Positions 36,831-41,934 of a DNA stretch of 41,934 nucleotides are shown one piece after another. Source of the DNA: Octopus bimaculoides (Eukaryota); the NCBI RefSeq assembly GCF_001194135.2, contig NC_068986.1:100595531-100637464 (forward strand), read 5' to 3'. Position 1 is the stretch's first letter. Each line of letters opens with the position of its first letter. The translations under genes and the position numbers were made by a program. The notes under the pieces are model-generated. The model saw only the letters and a program-made list of their open reading frames with translations, did no database searches and had not been told where the DNA came from.

Positions 36831-37997
36831 AGAAATGAAATATAAGACAAGCATATTCGCTCCATGGATCTGGAGTTAAGGAGACATCAAATATCAATTT
36901 AAATGACTCTTCATTATCATTTAATGTTTCAATGCGTTGATGTCTCTTTTTTAATAGAGATGGCATGAACAAACATACACACGTGCAACACATATATTTA
37001 TACAGATATTGATATCTGCTTTAGTTAGTTTGATTAATTGAAATATCTTAATCTACATCATATACTTGTGTTTTCTACAACTATTCTGCCAGACCTCGAC
37101 TTCCTTGGTATTTTTATACCATCATCATGACAAATAATGGCATTACTGAAATTATATTAAATTTTGAAATACAATTAAGCGAAAAATCGATTTCAACTAG
37201 TTTTGATATAATGGTGGCGTTTGCCATATATATCATGCAATTTTCTGACGGTTCGTATGGAAGGTTACTTTTATATCATATCCGATTCAACTACTTCACA
37301 ATCTACAATTCACTGCTCCAGTAATAGTGTATATTCTTAACAGCGTTCTTGTAATTGTTTCCATTACTCCAGTTCCGAGTGATTATTTGCTGAAGTATTT
37401 TTTTAAAATATCCCAGTATTAATATTGCTGATATTATCCCAATTTCTTTAATTCATTTTTCATGCATAACTTTGCTTCTAATTCACCGTTTTTACTTCTC
37501 TCAGAATTAACCATTTTGTGCAACAGTCCATCACCCTATTCTGTAGAACACTGGCTATAATTTAGTAACTGTTTTGCGTTATCCTCAATAATTTCTGCGT
37601 CAAATGTTACCTGCCTCCACTCATTATTCTAAAGTTGCTGAACGGATTGATACGAATTTTTTTTTCTAAAGTGCCTGTCAGGTATCCAGCAAAATATGAT
37701 CTCCAGATTACGACTTCTGACTCATTCTATACTTCAAATATATGTCATAAATCAAGTGAAATATCTAGACTTAAATCTTCAAAGAAATACAAGACATAAA
37801 TATACTTACTTACTCACAAATAATTATTATGTAAAGGGAAGTTATTTGTGGTGATTTAATCCCGGACTAAGAAATATATGTGGAAACATAAACTAGATAT
37901 TGATCGACTGCAGGCTATTATCTTTATCGATAAGACATCAAAACCTCAAATCATATGTATATATATATATATNNNNNNNNNNNNNNNNNNNNNNTGT

Positions 37998-38038
<41 letters not shown>

Positions 38039-41000
38039 ATATATAATACATACTGCTTGAAAAAATACAAGTCTACGTCTCAAAGTATGGTGTAATGAAA
38101 ATATATTATATCGAATTACGCGTTATATTTTTGACTTGATATTCCAATTTCAACATGATTTCATAGATTTAAAGTTTTATGCCAGTTGCAAGTCTTTGAT
38201 AAACGAACGGGAATGTAAATAACCTCTTTAATGAATTTGTATTTCTTCTTGTTACAAAAGCGTAGAAATTTGGCTTTGATATGAATTTCAGTAGTTGGAA
38301 ACTTTTCCCTCATATATTGCCAGTAATCACTAGGAGAGAAGTATTTCTTTGAATGTTACGTGAAGGGGAATATTACTTTCTCTTGTCAGGATTAAATAAT
38401 CGTGTTTTACAAGAGCGATACCGGATCAATCAGTCCGGTTTTTGATCTTTTCAATAAGAGGAAACTGAAAAGTTTCTTCTAAAATTAAATAACAAATTTT
38501 ATGACGACAGAACAGGGATTTTTCATATAGTCGGAAATCAGAGAACTTATAAAAATAGGGGAGTGAATTCTATAGAATCAAAGATTTTGGTTCTGTAAGC
38601 GTAATATAATGTAATCTTTGTAACACTTTCATCTCGAACGATATTGGAACTTAGTTATATCCCTTATATTACAACTTACAGAATACAGTGAAGTTCTATA
38701 AAACCAACCATATCCGGCGTATAATGTATTTTGCTACTTGTCACTTTGATGTTGTAGAGGCCAAAAGGTACTGCAGGAGAAATTAGTTCTGATCTTAGCA
38801 ATTTATTTGTTTGAAACATGAGAAAATCTTATTTTGTTGTTTTATATAATTTGAACATATTGCGGTAAAAGTCATATATATATATATATATACTTAATTT
38901 AGTCGTTTTAGTCGTGCAAGTAAATAAAAAATTACCTTGCAAAATTCTAAAATAATGTAACACATGAAATGAAAACGATAAAGAACTTTAAGCTTCATGC
39001 ACTGAAAATATAAATTAATTGAATATATTCCAGCTAAATGTATCTATGAAACGCAAGGCTACCAACTGTGTTTTACATTTTGTCACCAGTTATATCTGGT
39101 GCTCTTAGTATTTTAGACAATTTGATACCAAAGAGGTGCCACAGTTATGTAATAGAATGCATTGTAGTTAGCGGAAATGTACACGTAAATTTCGTTACGA
39201 TATAACGCTGAAGTAATGTATGCTTGCTCATAAGTTGCTCATTTCGTGATCTATTATTATAGATCACGCTAAATTTCTTGTTGGAAAATACATTTCGCTG
39301 TTTTAGTCTCTGGAGTTTTGAAGTAGACTTCTCGGTGTAGATATTATGAGATGCAGCAATAATTTATTAAAGACACACAACGGTTATGCTATTTATATGT
39401 AAGTTGGGAATGGAAGAAAACGAATAACATTCGTTTCTCTAATATCGAAAGATCGAAAGCTACTTCAGATTACACCCTATAGTATTTAAATGGATATACT
39501 GTATTGAAAATTTTCAAGAATGTCAGACATGGTGTGTAAATAGCATGGAATAACCTTATGAAATGTAAGATCCATTTACGAACGACGAGGTGTGCATATA
39601 ACGTTGCATAGATGAAGCCGGAACAATCTTGATCACAAATTGAGGTTGAATCGGTGTAACGCAACAACACAAATGTAGCAAGTGTGATAGAAACGCATAA
39701 CTCGCAGTAATTCTATCTGTAGTAATCCATAAGCCTGATGCAATAGAAAATAACACAAATATTTCCTCTATTATATCCGGCTGTCAGAAAAAGGACTTAT
39801 ATCATGTATTCCTCAGTATACGGTTAGGTTGTTCTTGTACAGAAGCTAATCATATACAAGGCTAATCGTTATTTTCTTATCTCTTTCGAAGATGTAATTT
39901 ATTTTGTAATACATAATTCATGCGCTGTTCGTTTAGTTTCTTTCCGACATTAAATGACGTGTGGACTACCTATTATATTGCTTAATTATGTTTTATTCGA
40001 TTTATTTCCTAATATTTAATCAGCTTTTTCCAGTATTGTAGCTGAAATGAAACTGACTGGCGAAGTATAATATTAACTTCTATATTGTTTGTTACTCAGT
40101 GTCATGCAATTAAAAGTATATCAAAGCTTCATGTAAACGTCGGTCCCTGATAAAAACAAACGATTCAATATTTTAAGAGCATCATGTAAAACCTTAAGTG
40201 ACACAAATGTATGTCAGCGAAATTATTTCCTAAATCATAAAGTGATAAATTGAATAATATAAAGGTATTTAATTTCGTCTGCAAACATTTTACAAAATAG
40301 TTATTTCATAATGCATAAATTCGGTTCAATAACATTACTAACCGAAGCTACTTAATCAGATTTATATGTTTGCTTTTTTTCGCTTCGATTACATTCTCGT
40401 TGTAATTCTATTGGCTCAGGTTAGGAGCGATAATCACATTTTTTTCTCTTGTGTATCCTTCGAGCACATATTAGTTATCAGTGTAGCGATTAGAATTAAG
40501 GGTACGAACAGGATCTACTTTACAAACAGCACACTTCCATCCTGGTTTTATTTCATCCATCTGACGCAGTTAACAGCGTACACTCAACAAATATTATGAA
40601 TATTTTCTTCATAATCTAGTCTCTCAGTATAAGTCTAGGTACTAGTCAGACACAAAAATTTAAGTTCTTAAGAATTAGATGAACTTCTTTAAATCTATAG
40701 AATTCATACTTAGTCAAGTTTATAATGTATTTATATTGCATTTTGCATTTATCGGATATCGGGTAGGGAATGTTAGGTATGAAAGAAGTTGTAATTGCTT
40801 TTCTTCTTTCTTTCCGACGACATAGTCAAACTAACCAAACGTTCTTCTAAATATTATTATGTATTCTATTGGATATATTCAAGAATATATCTTTCAACGG
40901 GTGAATCATTTAACAGTTTAATCGAATGTGCTGTGAAAAGAAACTTCAACATATATTTACCAGGTTGCAAAACCATATAATATGCTACCGAGATTTTGCT

Positions 41001-41934
41001 CTATTTATAATTTAATCTGAATAGTTGTAGTGGCAATTGCATTGGAGATGTGTTCAGTAACATATTTAGATAAAATAACATGCACATTGAGAAGAGATTT
41101 GAACGATCCATACCAGGCATTACTCCCGTAAATATACTTTCAGTTCACTCTTAGACCTAAAATCTGCGTAGTCGTCTCTTATTCTGTTGTGTTCGTTCTC
41201 CATTCAATAAAATTGTACATAAACTCTCAAATATGGTTTAACAAATAAGGCAAATTCTATAAATGTGTATCTCCTGTTTGACTCAAGATCTTACTATATT
41301 CATAATGACGCAGCCAGTGAAATCGTGAAAACTGCAGCTGTACTCTCAATATAAGAAAATAAATATCTCACGTATATTCCTCAATGATTCATCCTACATT
41401 TTACAGACAATGCTTATAGCATACTTAAAACGTCATTTATTAGACCAAAAATAAGCTTTCGCATAGCTTCTTTACGAATCCATCGTATTTACTGCAATAT
41501 ACTACGGATGTATTGTAAATGATGTGCTGCTTTGAAAGAAACGAATATAGGAGAAACGTAATAAATAATTGACAGCCACATTATTACGTAGTCGATGCGA
41601 TTTAGACTTGTAACCATCTGTCTCGAAAAAGACTGACGGTTTTCATCTGACTATGACTCCTATTTTGGCACTAACTTATTTTAAGCTGTCATCACACTGA
41701 ATCACGACGCAATCAATGTTATCTCAAGCATAAGACACATTTTAGGTCGTTCTCTATAGCAACGTACTAGTTTCGTTATTATAGTACAAACAGGGAATAT
41801 ATGAGAAGTATTATTTATGATTTCAAAATCTATAGTGCATCAAGCATACTTTTGGAAATGTCGGTCACTATTATAAAGGAAAACCAAGCTACTAATTACC
41901 ACAAATCTTGAATCATTCTCCCATGGGTTACTTA

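Noticed and set aside
37380-37640. Protein-like minus frame (NNEWRQVTFDAEIIEDNAKQ...) with an internal stop
   Set aside because: No recognisable motif and no consistent splice sites; cannot be supported.
38380-38424. Stem ctcttgt/acaagag followed by cgataccgg, like hammerhead stem II plus GAAA
   Set aside because: GAAA is GATA and no CUGANGA box precedes it.
39245-39268. 10-bp hairpin followed by ctaa, like a Helitron 3' end
   Set aside because: Short AT-rich stem with wrong spacing to the CTRR motif; expected by chance.
40900-41200. Faint RT-like peptide (GVMPG...LFSMC) on the - strand
   Set aside because: Too eroded; no YADD or other ordered motifs.
1-41934. CRISPR array, rRNA, intact tRNA, prokaryotic operons
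   Set aside because: No regularly spaced repeat-spacer units or structured RNA genes seen; the sequence is eukaryotic intronic/intergenic DNA.

Overview
AT-rich, microsatellite-dense eukaryotic scaffold with 14 N-gaps, most of them beside simple repeats. The repeat spectrum resembles a cephalopod (Octopus-like) draft assembly; that is recall-based inference, not a database result. Almost all ORFs in the supplied track are artefacts of simple repeats or gaps. Supportable content: (1) a head-to-tail pile-up at 1-3365 of 5'-truncated restriction-like-endonuclease (RLE) non-LTR retrotransposons of R4/Dong type plus a ~560-bp non-coding element, all on the + strand and separated by (AAT)n tracts, with a similar arrangement on the - strand at 33016-33933; (2) four phase-consistent exons of an unrecognised, Cys-containing, probably extracellular protein gene on the - strand (9300 to 4747), largely missed by the ORF track, whose 5' end I cannot place; (3) degenerate CR1/L2-like, Penelope-like and R2/NeSL-like reverse transcriptase remnants and several SINE remnants; (4) a minimal type I hammerhead ribozyme motif in an (AAT)n-adjacent repeat at 15296-15341 (-); (5) a ~1-kb A-B-A-B'-A' foldback structure at 20803-21800. 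No rRNA, functional tRNA or CRISPR array. I see no strong evidence of a wholly new biological system; the best leads are the (AAT)n-associated element guild, the hammerhead motif and the orphan gene.
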